Origin: an uncultured Gammaproteobacteria bacterium
GTDB lineage: Bacteria; Patescibacteriota; Microgenomatia; UBA10105; UBA927
Assembly (NCBI GenBank): GCA_964445435.1
Contig: CAYUKU010000003.1
Span: 841-64,840, forward strand
DNA: 64,000 bases
Direction of reading: 5' to 3'
The notes beneath the pieces are model-generated. The model had not been told where the DNA came from, made no database searches, and was given only the letters and a program-made list of their open reading frames with translations. Each line of letters begins with the position of its first letter. Positions within the stretch are counted from its first letter, which is position 1. A program made the position numbers and the translations under genes. This document shows, piece by piece, positions 20,617-29,934 of the stretch.

Positions 20617-21766
20617 ATAAATTAAATAATCGCATGAATCCGATACGTTTTTTGTTAATATTGAATCTTGAAATTATGAAGCGCCTAGCCCTATCACCAA
20701 TTTCTCTTCTTTTCGCGGAATCATTCAGAATCATTTCCACCGCCTTTAGATATTCTCTTAGAGATCCACTATGAATAAGTATTCCGTTCTTACCATCTTC
20801 AATAAGTTCCCTGTTCCCTCCAATATCCGACGCAACCACGGGTAGTCCCATTGATAATGACTCTAGAAGGGCTATAGACAATCCCTCTTGATGGTTCGAA
20901 GGGAAAATAACGATATCGCTTATTCCCAAAAAGTCTCGCACTTTGTCCGTGTATCCAACCACTGTAACTCTTTCTTCCAGGTTTACACTTTTGATTTTAC
21001 CTCTCAAATAGTTTATTAATGGTCCACTCCCTACTATTAAAAAATGCAAACTTAAATCCTTTCGTGTCTGTATTAATTTAGTTGCTACTTGGAAAAATGT
21101 ATGAATTCCTTTTTCTTTTGTGATACTACCAATAAAAGTAATTATGATGTCATTTGCTTCAAAATTCATAGTTTTTCTAAGATTGTTTTTCTTCTCAGGT
21201 TTGAAAGGTTCGAAATGCTCAACATCTATTCCTATGGGAATATATAAGATTTTATCTGGCGATACTCCGCCGTTGATTAAATCTTTTTTAGTTCCCTCGG
21301 ATACTGCAAGTATCTTTCTTGAAAATCTGCTTACAATCGAATACAGAAGCTTTATAACTTTTGACCTAGGAGTTATGAAAAGTGGCCCATGTTCTATCCA
21401 TATGACTTTATAACCGGCTAATTTAAGTATCGGGGTCAGTAGTATTTTTTCCGTCATCGACTGAAGGCATATTAAATTGATTCGTTTACCTCCCATTAAT
21501 TTCCTTAAATTTATGTAATAGAGGAATAGATATAGTGGAAATGTAAATAGTAACTTCACTAATTGACTGTGTGTGCCTATTTCCATACTCAGTTGGGGCA
21601 CAGTTATGGTTTTCACTCCTAGGTCTGAGGCTTCCTTTGAAAATTTTTCAAAATTAGTAAGTAGATAGAATCTATATTTGGCGCTGCGAAGTTTATCGAA
21701 CAACAAATAGTTATATTTTTCTGCGCCACTAACACTAGAGCAAATCCTAATTACTAAAATATTCAT
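20606..21766 (-). CDS. Family 4 glycosyltransferase (GT4)
   Basis: EGLSIALLESLSMGLPVVASDIGGNRELIEDGKNGILIHSGS. Confidence 0.8.
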   Translation of the reverse strand: MNILVIRICSSVSGAEKYNYLLFDKLRSAKYRFYLLTNFEKFSKEASDLGVKTITVPQLSMEIGTHSQLVKLLFTFPLYLFLYYINLRKLMGGKRINLICLQSMTEKILLTPILKLAGYKVIWIEHGPLFITPRSKVIKLLYSIVSRFSRKILAVSEGTKKDLINGGVSPDKILYIPIGIDVEHFEPFKPEKKNNLRKTMNFEANDIIITFIGSITKEKGIHTFFQVATKLIQTRKDLSLHFLIVGSGPLINYLRGKIKSVNLEERVTVVGYTDKVRDFLGISDIVIFPSNHQEGLSIALLESLSMGLPVVASDIGGNRELIEDGKNGILIHSGSLREYLKAVEMILNDSAKRREIGDRARRFIISRFNINKKRIGFMRLFNLYEG

Positions 21767-22509
21767 AATTTGCGAGCCACAAGAGTAAATGCTTCACCTC
21801 TAAAAAAAGGTGAGAACCTTGAAAAGCCTTTCACAAGAAGAACATCGAACGCTATTATAAAGTGCCATAGAAATCGAAATTCCTGCCACTTTTGGAGTCT
21901 CAGTTTAATCATAATTCGGTTAAATAGATGAAAAGCCTTAGAAGTGAAGAATGTTATATCCTCTATTACAAAACCTTTACTTCTTAAACTCTCAATTATT
22001 TCTAGTGGCTTAATACCTTCTTCTATCGGACTTTCCCCCTGGCCCCTTTTTAAGGCCTCATAAGTAGGCTCTCTCAGTAGAAGATAGCCTCCGCGGGACA
22101 GGATAGCGCACCAGTTACTAAGAGCATGTTCTTTGCTGATTGTGTGGTGCAGTGCTCCTAAGGATATAATACAATTCGCTGACCCCTTAGGAAATCTGAT
22201 TGTTTCAATATCACCAACTTTAAAAGTACCTGATGGCATGTTTTTTTTTGCAATCTGGAGCATATTTTTCGAAATATCCACACCTATATAGCGAATATTG
22301 TTTAGTAAGTCGTTACTCAGTATCCTTTTGATTGAAATCGCTGGTCCACACCCCATATCAATAACAACATCCGATTTGCGAATATATTTTGCTTTTAGCA
22401 AAAACATTTGTTCTGGAACCTCCCAAATAAAATCATTCTCTCTTCTAAAAGAATATTTTTTTGCCGTTTTATCGTGATGAACTCGCTCAAGTTCAAGAAA
22501 GTTGTTCAT
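21763..22509 (-). CDS. Class I SAM-dependent methyltransferase
   Basis: VIDMGCGPAISIKRIL (motif I) and CIISLGALHH (motif II). Confidence 0.7.
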   Translation of the reverse strand: MNNFLELERVHHDKTAKKYSFRRENDFIWEVPEQMFLLKAKYIRKSDVVIDMGCGPAISIKRILSNDLLNNIRYIGVDISKNMLQIAKKNMPSGTFKVGDIETIRFPKGSANCIISLGALHHTISKEHALSNWCAILSRGGYLLLREPTYEALKRGQGESPIEEGIKPLEIIESLRSKGFVIEDITFFTSKAFHLFNRIMIKLRLQKWQEFRFLWHFIIAFDVLLVKGFSRFSPFFRGEAFTLVARKL

Positions 22510-23900
22510 ACATCGAAGATTAATTTGTATTCTTTCGTACCATGATATCTTCTTTGAAGGAAAGTAACATATATAGCGGAAACGATAAATTCCGTTATCA
22601 CGGTTGTCACACTTGCCCCCAGAAACCCGTAATTCGGAATAACAAACATATTCAGAAGAATATTCAAAAAAAGTGAAATAGATAGTACCTTAATTATTGT
22701 TTTGATTTCGCCGAAAGTTAGTAACACATGGTAATAAACGTTATTTAATAAAAAGAAAGGAACTGCTAACAAGAGTATTTTAAGCGAACTTACGCTTAGA
22801 GAAAACTCGGCTCCTCCCAGAAGACCTATAAGGGGTTCCGCGAAAATTAAACCTCCAGTGACGATAAATATCGATAAAACAACTAATGCGAAATATGTCT
22901 TACGCAACAGGTCACTATATCTATCAAAATTTGATTTTAGATAATATTTGGAAAGAAGTGGAAAGACGCTTGCCATATAAAATCCCCAAAAAGTAAGAAG
23001 ATTTTCGAGAACCTTGTAAGACAAACCATAAATTCCCACTTCTGATGTAGATTTAAATGCGGCAAGCAACAATGTGTCAATTTTAAAATAGAGAAGCGAA
23101 ATGAAGGTTGTAAGTCCTATGGGAAAACTATTCATCAAAATATTTCTAATAACCCGTTTGTCTATTGACAGATTGAAAAATAGGACATCTCTGATTGGTA
23201 TAGCGGAAACAAATAACCCGACCAAATTTCCAAGAAATACTGCAAAAACCAACCCAACAATATTAAACTTCAAGTAGACGAACAAAAAGGTGAAACCTAT
23301 AGTAATAAATTTTACTACTAACTCTATCCCTGCGACTAAATCGAGTCTGACTCTCGATTGCAATATCGAAGTATTGTAAGAAGCCAGATTACCGATTCCG
23401 ACTCCAAGTATTCCGACAAGAATTGCTTTTTTTACGGTTAATGAATACGGGGAGAAAAATAATCCAATTAAAGATAGAAGCACCGAAACGAAAACTAGAA
23501 ACAATTTTGTATTTATATACGAGGCCAGTACTATCCTTGCTACACTAAGTTTTCCTGCCAAATTTCTTACTAATGCGGTATTAAAGCCTAAATCAGAAAA
23601 AGCAATGAAAAAGGATATATATGCAAACACCAAAGAATAGTCACCATAACCACTAGTGCCCAAGTATCTTGTTAGTATTATCACGCTCGCTAAACTAATT
23701 AACAAAGATATCGTCCTAGAAATAAATTGAGCAATGGTGTTGACAAGGATTTTTCTATCTTCTAGCTCCTCCTCAACAGCTGGTTTGTTGTAGTTCGTCA
23801 TAAAACGACTAACAGATTTTAGCCAAGGAAATAATCCTAAACCCTTGACATAGCCTAATATTATACTTAATCTGAGATAAAGAGGCAGGTCTAAATACAT
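22506..23900 (-). CDS. wzx: Polysaccharide biosynthesis protein / Wzx-type oligosaccharide flippase (MOP superfamily)
   Basis: 464 aa with about 12-14 TM helices. The Leu/Ile/Phe-rich composition is typical of Wzx flippases, and the gene terminates the glycosyltransferase operon. Confidence 0.6.
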   Translation of the reverse strand: MYLDLPLYLRLSIILGYVKGLGLFPWLKSVSRFMTNYNKPAVEEELEDRKILVNTIAQFISRTISLLISLASVIILTRYLGTSGYGDYSLVFAYISFFIAFSDLGFNTALVRNLAGKLSVARIVLASYINTKLFLVFVSVLLSLIGLFFSPYSLTVKKAILVGILGVGIGNLASYNTSILQSRVRLDLVAGIELVVKFITIGFTFLFVYLKFNIVGLVFAVFLGNLVGLFVSAIPIRDVLFFNLSIDKRVIRNILMNSFPIGLTTFISLLYFKIDTLLLAAFKSTSEVGIYGLSYKVLENLLTFWGFYMASVFPLLSKYYLKSNFDRYSDLLRKTYFALVVLSIFIVTGGLIFAEPLIGLLGGAEFSLSVSSLKILLLAVPFFLLNNVYYHVLLTFGEIKTIIKVLSISLFLNILLNMFVIPNYGFLGASVTTVITEFIVSAIYVTFLQRRYHGTKEYKLIFDV

Positions 23901-25844
23901 GTGCTTAAAAGTCTAAGATTATTGTTCTTTTGCTCAACATGGTTATTACTTGCTCGAATTTTTCCAGTTCGAGCTGAAACCATCTTCTTAGATACCTTTT
24001 CTGGAGGCCATAACAGCTCTCTATGGACTATAGAAGAGAACAGATCTATTCCGATACCCTCCCCATTTGGAATTGGCGATACAAACACAGGGAACTTCTA
24101 CGTTCTGGTATCTACAACACAACCATTGCCTGCTAATAATATTGTATCCTTCGATATGAAAATCCATAGCGACCCTTCAGCGATGTGGTTTTCATGCAAC
24201 GATGCAAACAATTCCGCTAACGAACGGAGAGTTGCTCTACGAAATAATGGAACGTTTACCTTTGAAGTATTCTTAAACGGAGGCGGGTTAGGCAGTAATT
24301 TTATGAATTGGGATAATTCACCTGGAATCCATCATTTTGAATTTGACTGTTTTGGTAGCTTATTAATTCTTAAAGAAGATGATGTTACCCTTGGAAGCTG
24401 GGATCATACATCTACTTTTGTCCCAGATAAAGTCCGTTTTTTTTATAAGGACGGAGATACGGAATTCGCTAATTACCAATTATGCGATACCAATGGCTGC
24501 GATCCGCTGCCAAGCTCGACGCCCTCACCCACTCCCTCTCCATCCCCCACACCCACGCCAACACCAACGCCTACACCAACTCCGATTCCGGTGACAAAAG
24601 TGGTAGTTGTCCCGGGCATACTGTCTTCCATAAGCGACGCTCTCATTAACTGTGAACCAGGCGATGGATCTGAAACGTGGAATCTCATCGAATACGCGAA
24701 GACAACATACGAGCCTCTCTATCAGGGAATGCAAAATGCGGGATTTTCTGTGTACCCATTCTATTACGATTGGAGAAGAACGCCAAACCAGAACGCCGCT
24801 AATCTCGACGGCTTCATTGATAGTATCGTGTCTCCGGACGAAAAAATCTATGTACTAGGACATAGCTTGGGCGGATTGGTAGCGCGAGCCTATTTGGAGC
24901 AGGTGCAGCAGGACTCGCGCATCGATAGTCTGTTAACGGTGGGATCTCCCCACGCAGGCGCACTCGATTCATATGTAGTATGGGAAGGAGCACAATTGCC
25001 GGAGTGGCTGCAAGACAATATTCCGGCGCGTTTTCTTCATTTTTACATCTCCGCCTGGTGCCCACTTGTAAAGGGAAGACAATCTCCTATTGAGGGTGTT
25101 CGTAACTATATGCCCGTTTTTACGAATCTTCTGCCCGTCTTTGACTATCTCAGAGATCAAAAAACCGATACGCTAAAGCCCACCCTGGGACTCATCCACC
25201 AGAACACTTGGCTACCAAATAATTCCTTTTATTTCCCCTTCTTCGGAACAAGGGTGGGAACACTGCGAGGGACCAATCAAAAAACGTTGCGTGAATATGT
25301 AGTTAAACCACGCAGTCCTCTTGAGGCAAAACAAGGACTTTGGGATGACGGAAAGCCAATCTCGTACGTATGGTCCCAAGAGGGAGATAATAGGGTGCTG
25401 TTTACGAGTTCTTTCATCCCCGGAGGCGACAACAGTCGGGTTTTGCCGCTTGAACATAATGCGCTCGTATCATCTTCAGGTGGCATTACCCAAATTCTCG
25501 ATTTTTTTGGCATGGGGACTGTACTCCCGAATTTACAGGCGCTTACCTCTATGGAGCCAACCTCTGCTCTCATAGTTCTCTCAAATGAGGCAACACTCTT
25601 CATGGAGACACCCGACGGAAAAAAACAGTCGGATCAAAACGGCATGACCACAATTCTTAACCCGCAGGCAGGCACCTACAAGCTCACAATATCACCAGAC
25701 AAACCATTCGCCCGCTTCGTGATCTTGCAGCTGCTTCCAAATGGAAAAACACTATGGAAAGAATATCACGCTACTGGCAAAAGCATAGAAAAAAGAACAC
25801 TCAATTTTTCTCAAAAGTATCCATCCGAAAACATTTTGCAATAA
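23901..25844 (+). CDS. Secreted LCAT/PGAP1-like alpha/beta-hydrolase (lipase/acyltransferase) with an N-terminal domain and a Pro-Thr linker
   Basis: Signal peptide (MLKSLRLLFFCSTWLLLARIFPVRA), an N-terminal domain of about 190 aa, a PT linker (PSSTPSPTPSPSPTPTPTPTPTPTP), a YDWRR motif characteristic of the LCAT family, and the nucleophile elbow GHSLGG. Confidence 0.6.
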   Translation: MLKSLRLLFFCSTWLLLARIFPVRAETIFLDTFSGGHNSSLWTIEENRSIPIPSPFGIGDTNTGNFYVLVSTTQPLPANNIVSFDMKIHSDPSAMWFSCNDANNSANERRVALRNNGTFTFEVFLNGGGLGSNFMNWDNSPGIHHFEFDCFGSLLILKEDDVTLGSWDHTSTFVPDKVRFFYKDGDTEFANYQLCDTNGCDPLPSSTPSPTPSPSPTPTPTPTPTPTPIPVTKVVVVPGILSSISDALINCEPGDGSETWNLIEYAKTTYEPLYQGMQNAGFSVYPFYYDWRRTPNQNAANLDGFIDSIVSPDEKIYVLGHSLGGLVARAYLEQVQQDSRIDSLLTVGSPHAGALDSYVVWEGAQLPEWLQDNIPARFLHFYISAWCPLVKGRQSPIEGVRNYMPVFTNLLPVFDYLRDQKTDTLKPTLGLIHQNTWLPNNSFYFPFFGTRVGTLRGTNQKTLREYVVKPRSPLEAKQGLWDDGKPISYVWSQEGDNRVLFTSSFIPGGDNSRVLPLEHNALVSSSGGITQILDFFGMGTVLPNLQALTSMEPTSALIVLSNEATLFMETPDGKKQSDQNGMTTILNPQAGTYKLTISPDKPFARFVILQLLPNGKTLWKEYHATGKSIEKRTLNFSQKYPSENILQ

Positions 25845-25847
25845 TCC

Positions 25848-26495
25848 GTGAGCAAACTACTTATTGGCTTCGCTTCGATTTTTGTACATTCATATTTGCT
25901 TTTTGTATACTTTGTTATTTTTCCAATTCATAATTTTTTCGATCAACAGGTGCGGTACCTTTTCCCGACCAAAATCGCTAACAGTTATTATTATTATCGA
26001 AACGTTTTGGGCACTATACTGTATTGCGATACTGAAGGACCTCTATATCGTTTAAATTGTCGCCCGCTTCCGGAAGCAGACAAAGCAACATTTCAGGTTT
26101 TAGCTGTGCAGAACACCGGAAATAAAAAGATAAGCTCCGATTATGCGAAAGACGAAAATACGGTTTATTACCGGGAAAAAATTATTCCAGGGACTAATGC
26201 GTCTTCTTTTCATGCGTTAACGTTTGAGTTCGCCACCGACGGGCGAATTTATTTTCTCGATGGCGTACCGCTCCACGAATTCATCAAGAACCGCTTCGGA
26301 TCATCATATTCATTTAATCCCGATTCGATTGAGGTTCTTTCCTATAATTCAACAAAATACTATCTCATTCTGAAACACAAAACTGAATATTTCTATGTTC
26401 CGGCATCGCGAGATCCGGATTCCAGGGAAAATATTAAGCGAATATCCACAGAGGACGTCGATTCATTTCTTTCCACCGGAGCTCCGTTTCGGTAA
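25848..26495 (+). CDS. DKNYY-like repeat protein (hypothetical) with N-terminal TM/signal segment
   Basis: Repeated DxxTF / DENTVYY-type motifs (ADKATFQVL, AKDENTVYYREKII, TEYFYV). The assignment is tentative. Confidence 0.35.
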   Translation: MSKLLIGFASIFVHSYLLFVYFVIFPIHNFFDQQVRYLFPTKIANSYYYYRNVLGTILYCDTEGPLYRLNCRPLPEADKATFQVLAVQNTGNKKISSDYAKDENTVYYREKIIPGTNASSFHALTFEFATDGRIYFLDGVPLHEFIKNRFGSSYSFNPDSIEVLSYNSTKYYLILKHKTEYFYVPASRDPDSRENIKRISTEDVDSFLSTGAPFR

Positions 26496-26523
26496 GCAAT
26501 TCTTCAGACACGCGTATCGCGAT

Positions 26524-26939
26524 TTACAGGACGTGTTTTCTTAAGTGGTATATATAAAGCGCGCTCGTGAAGCAAAGAATGGACATAATATAAAAGAGCA
26601 CCTGAATGGCCAGTAGGTGCCAAATATTGTTGGCGAACATGTACAGGAAATACCCTGTTCCCATCATGACATACCCCAATGCGACAATCCGTTCCGGTCG
26701 CGCTACCTTATCAGCCCGTCCTGCGGAAAGAAGCACGGTCAGCCCAGCAACCAACGCAAAAACGCTGCCCGCAAGGCTGGCATCCAGAAGGTCACCACCA
26801 ACCTACTCGACAAAAGTGCATAAATCGGACCAAGCATGAATCCTGCAAGAAGTATCATGCCGTTCGTCATTAGGAGTATACGAAGCGCCCGGTTGAGGAA
26901 AAACCGTTTAACGTGAAGCAGGGATGATAAGACCTCCAT
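26524..26939 (-). pseudogene. MFS-transporter C-terminal remnant split over two frames
   Basis: Two adjacent minus-strand ORFs in different frames (26739..26939 and 26524..26754). Both are TM-rich and look like the last few helices of an MFS transporter (...GFMLGPIYALLSSRL / ...GYVMMGTGYFLYMF). No N-terminal part is present. Confidence 0.3.
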
Positions 26940-26960
26940 ATTGGCAGTATAAATTCTTTC

Positions 26961-27037
26961 TGGTGGGCGGTATAGGAGTCGAACCTATGACCTTTTCAAT
27001 GTCAATGAAACGCTCTAGCCAACTGAGCTAACCGCCC
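26961..27037 (-). tRNA. tRNA-Val (anticodon GAC), CCA encoded
   Basis: The minus strand reads GGGCGGTTAGCTCAGTTGGCTAGAGCGTTTCATTGACATTGAAAAGGTCATAGGTTCGACTCCTATACCGCCCACCA. Confidence 0.85.
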
Positions 27038-27110
27038 GATTTACCCTCATTATATCGTCTTTTCCCGTCCTTGACCACCCAGTTCGGGTGCATTACACTT
27101 AATACTGGAT

Positions 27111-27680
27111 ATGGAAGGCGTCAAACGTGCCATTGCCGCTTTTTTTGACTTCCTTCAGGGGATTGTGGTTGTCCTGGCAATCCTTGTCATGGTCTACCTC
27201 TTCCTCGTATCACCACAGGAAATCAACGGCGCCTCCATGGAGCCAAGCTTCTTTAACGGCGAGTATATTCTGACGAATAAAATTCAGTACAAAATGCGTG
27301 AACCGAAGCGGGGCGATGTGGTTATCTTCAAATCGCCAAAAAACAAGGAAGTCGACTACATTAAGCGTGTCATCGGATTACCAGGTGATACTGTCGCTCT
27401 GCGGGACAATTCGTTTTTCGTTAACGGGCAGAAAATCGACGAACCGTACCTGCGGCCTGATGTGGTCATTTTCGGCGGTTCGTATCTTCAGGAAGATCAG
27501 GAGATTACAGTGCCGGACGGAACGCTGTTTGTAGCCGGAGACAATCGGCCGCACAGCTCAGACTCCCGCGAGTTCGGACCCATTCCGTTTGAGGATATCA
27601 TCGGCGTTGCGTTTCTCCGGTACTGGCCGTTTGATAAATTCGGCACACTTCCGCATGTGACATACCCCAACGTACCGTAA
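27111..27680 (+). CDS. lepB: Signal peptidase I (S26 family)
   Basis: N-terminal TM helix, the catalytic Ser region GASMEPSF and the Lys-box region YIKRVIGLPGDTV. Confidence 0.8.
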   Translation: MEGVKRAIAAFFDFLQGIVVVLAILVMVYLFLVSPQEINGASMEPSFFNGEYILTNKIQYKMREPKRGDVVIFKSPKNKEVDYIKRVIGLPGDTVALRDNSFFVNGQKIDEPYLRPDVVIFGGSYLQEDQEITVPDGTLFVAGDNRPHSSDSREFGPIPFEDIIGVAFLRYWPFDKFGTLPHVTYPNVP

Positions 27681-27699
27681 AGAGCTTTCTTGGAAAATC

Positions 27700-28509
27700 T
27701 TACTTTCCGAGTTTTTCGTGGATGGTCTTGAGGGTTTTGCTTGTAGATTCCAAATTTCCACGGATGACGAAAACGAGCCGCGCTTCTACCTTGGATTGCG
27801 TGATTTTGACGAGTCCGTTGACTGCCTGAGCCAGATCCTTGGCCATGGTATCAAGTTCTTCGCTGTGAATGCGCTCGACCCTGAGAGTCGGTTTCTTGTC
27901 ATACTGGGCTTTCAGCCGTCGTGCGAGATCCTCTGCCCTTCGCACTGATGCGCTCTCGGCGAGGATCGTTTTGTAGGCCTCCACCATGAGCTTGACCTCT
28001 CCGAGGCCCGCAATGGCCCGTGCATGGCCCTCGGTGATGGCGCCGGAGATCAAGCCGTCTTTTATCGCATCAGGAAGAGCCAGAAGACGCATGGTGTTGG
28101 AGACATATGACTCGCTCTTTCCCACTCTCTTGGCGATTTCAGAAACCGGCAGGCCGAATTCCTCGATAAGTCGTTGAAATGCCTGTGCCCGCTCGATGGG
28201 ATTGAGATCTTCGCGTTGTACGTTCTCAACGATGGCCATCTCGAGCATCCCTTTGGCCGTCGTTTCTTTCACGATCACCGGGACAGTCGTAAGTCCTGCC
28301 AGCTTCGACGCGCGAAGCCGTCTCTCGCCTGCGATAAGCTGATATCCTGCCGGGGTCTTGGCAACCACCAATGGCTCGATGACGCCATGTTCTTTTATGG
28401 AATTGGATAATTCCGACAAACTTTCTGGTGCGATAAGACCGCGAGGCTGAAGCGGATTCGTCTGGATAACGTCAATATCAAGATGAAGAACCTGCTGTGT
28501 GTCGGCCAT
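27700..28509 (-). CDS. parB: ParB/Spo0J-family partition protein (no adjacent parA)
   Basis: ParB box (EPLVV...QLIAGERRLRASKLAGL) plus HTH and C-terminal dimerisation regions. The gene ends 3 nt after the rpmA stop on the same strand. Confidence 0.75.
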   Translation of the reverse strand: MADTQQVLHLDIDVIQTNPLQPRGLIAPESLSELSNSIKEHGVIEPLVVAKTPAGYQLIAGERRLRASKLAGLTTVPVIVKETTAKGMLEMAIVENVQREDLNPIERAQAFQRLIEEFGLPVSEIAKRVGKSESYVSNTMRLLALPDAIKDGLISGAITEGHARAIAGLGEVKLMVEAYKTILAESASVRRAEDLARRLKAQYDKKPTLRVERIHSEELDTMAKDLAQAVNGLVKITQSKVEARLVFVIRGNLESTSKTLKTIHEKLGK

Positions 28510-28512
28510 GCG

Positions 28513-28770
28513 TTATTGAGTTGTGGGCAGGATAGAAACGTACTGTTTTCCCCGGATCGTAGAGAACGCGACTTTCCCTTTCGAAACTGCGAAAATCGTA
28601 TAATCCCGCCCCATACTTACACCCTGGCCGGGATAAATCTTCGTTCCTTTTTGTCGTACGATGATGTTTCCGGGGATTGCGTTCTGGCCGCCATACATTT
28701 TCACACCAAGACGCTTGGATACGGAATCTTTGTTTCCTGCTGCTGTGCCGCCTGCTTTTACGTGAGCCAT
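28513..28770 (-). CDS. rpmA: 50S ribosomal protein L27
   Basis: MAHVKAGGTAAGNKDSVSKRLGVKMYGGQNAIPGNIIVRQKGTKIYPG. Confidence 0.9.
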   Translation of the reverse strand: MAHVKAGGTAAGNKDSVSKRLGVKMYGGQNAIPGNIIVRQKGTKIYPGQGVSMGRDYTIFAVSKGKVAFSTIRGKQYVSILPTTQ

Positions 28771-28779
28771 AGGATCAAG

Positions 28780-29931
28780 TTAATGCTTTTCTAAAATATA
28801 AAACATCCTCTTCACAACCGCCTGTGGACGGCTGTATTCTATCGGTCCAACCACGATAGTATATCCGAGGTTTTCACACATGTCAACAACTTTTTTCACG
28901 AAAAGGAGCCGTCCCGAGACAGCATATCCTGGCAGCGCAATAACGACTCGCCCGCCCGAAACAAGCAGTGACCGCCAGTCCCGAAGACATCCTATATAAA
29001 GTTTCTCTAAGCCTTTTATGGTATTCTTCACCTTTTGGATATCCACGAGTTTCTGGGTCGCAATCGCCGTATCGCCCATGTACGGCTCAGTTACGATCGC
29101 ATCGATCGATTCGTCTTCAAGTTTTTCAGACATGTGTACTGCGTCATGAACAAACAGTGAGGATACCTCACCTCCGGTTTGCGGCGCCGACCTGACAAGC
29201 CACGCGAGGTTTTCTTTGGCCTTCCGAACCGCACTTTCGGAAATATCACTCCCGACGACCTGCCACCCGCGCATGTAACCTTCCGCAAGCACGGTGCCCA
29301 TGCCGCAGAAAGGGTCAAGAAGCGTTTTTCGCTTTTTTGCTTTCGCCAGGGGGTCCATGTCCACGATATTGACGAGCATCCGGGCAACCTTGGGCGGAAG
29401 CATGCCGGATTTGGCATCGGCAAACGGACGCCCATAGTCTCTGTATCCCCATCCTTCATAATCCTGCACGGCAACCGTTTTGCCTATCACGAAGCCTTTG
29501 TCCGTTTTTGCGACGATAAGCTCCTCGATATGGCCCTTGTCTACCGAAACACTGGAAACCGTCTGACCGTGGCGCCAGGGAACGAATCGCGCGTGAACTC
29601 CGGCCGTCTCGAGCGCCTGTTTCATGGCAGTGAGAAGATTTCCCGGCAATACGACGCCATATGCGCTCACGCCGAAATACAACTTTTTCTCCGGCGAAAG
29701 AAGCCCCACGAGAGCATCGGCAGTTATCTCGGACACAAGCGCTACTTCAGTTGCAATTTTTACAGTACCTCCAAGCATTGCGAGGACGGTTTGCGGATTG
29801 GTAAGCTCCCCTACTGATACCCGCGCGATGTCATCTGAAATTCGCTCAGCGTCGGGAAACATGTTGCGTGCCTCTATGAATGCGAGATCAGCAGTGCGTC
29901 CAAAAACAAGAAGATAAGAAGAACCCCTCAT
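28780..29931 (-). CDS. THUMP-like N-terminal domain plus class I RNA methyltransferase (RlmL/Trm14-like, DPFCGxGT motif)
   Basis: DPFCGMGTVLAEG matches the m2G/m6A N-methyltransferase motif I, and NPPY-like TEPYMG is present. The gene is inserted between rplU and rpmA. Confidence 0.6.
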   Translation of the reverse strand: MRGSSYLLVFGRTADLAFIEARNMFPDAERISDDIARVSVGELTNPQTVLAMLGGTVKIATEVALVSEITADALVGLLSPEKKLYFGVSAYGVVLPGNLLTAMKQALETAGVHARFVPWRHGQTVSSVSVDKGHIEELIVAKTDKGFVIGKTVAVQDYEGWGYRDYGRPFADAKSGMLPPKVARMLVNIVDMDPLAKAKKRKTLLDPFCGMGTVLAEGYMRGWQVVGSDISESAVRKAKENLAWLVRSAPQTGGEVSSLFVHDAVHMSEKLEDESIDAIVTEPYMGDTAIATQKLVDIQKVKNTIKGLEKLYIGCLRDWRSLLVSGGRVVIALPGYAVSGRLLFVKKVVDMCENLGYTIVVGPIEYSRPQAVVKRMFYILEKH

Positions 29932-29934
29932 GTG

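Noticed and set aside
24473-24734. Possible repeat array or CRISPR-like periodicity (GVGVGVG / PTPTPT ORFs on both strands) around 24.5 kb
   Set aside because: The periodic DNA is the Pro-Thr linker (cca aca ccn ...) of the secreted hydrolase. There are no spacer-repeat units of CRISPR size and no cas genes.
27040-27110. Hairpin upstream of tRNA-Val as a fourth member of the tRNA-associated hairpin family
   Set aside because: Only a 5-bp palindrome (CACCC-agttc-GGGTG) is present. The stem, the loop length and the GTCGCA core do not match the other three.
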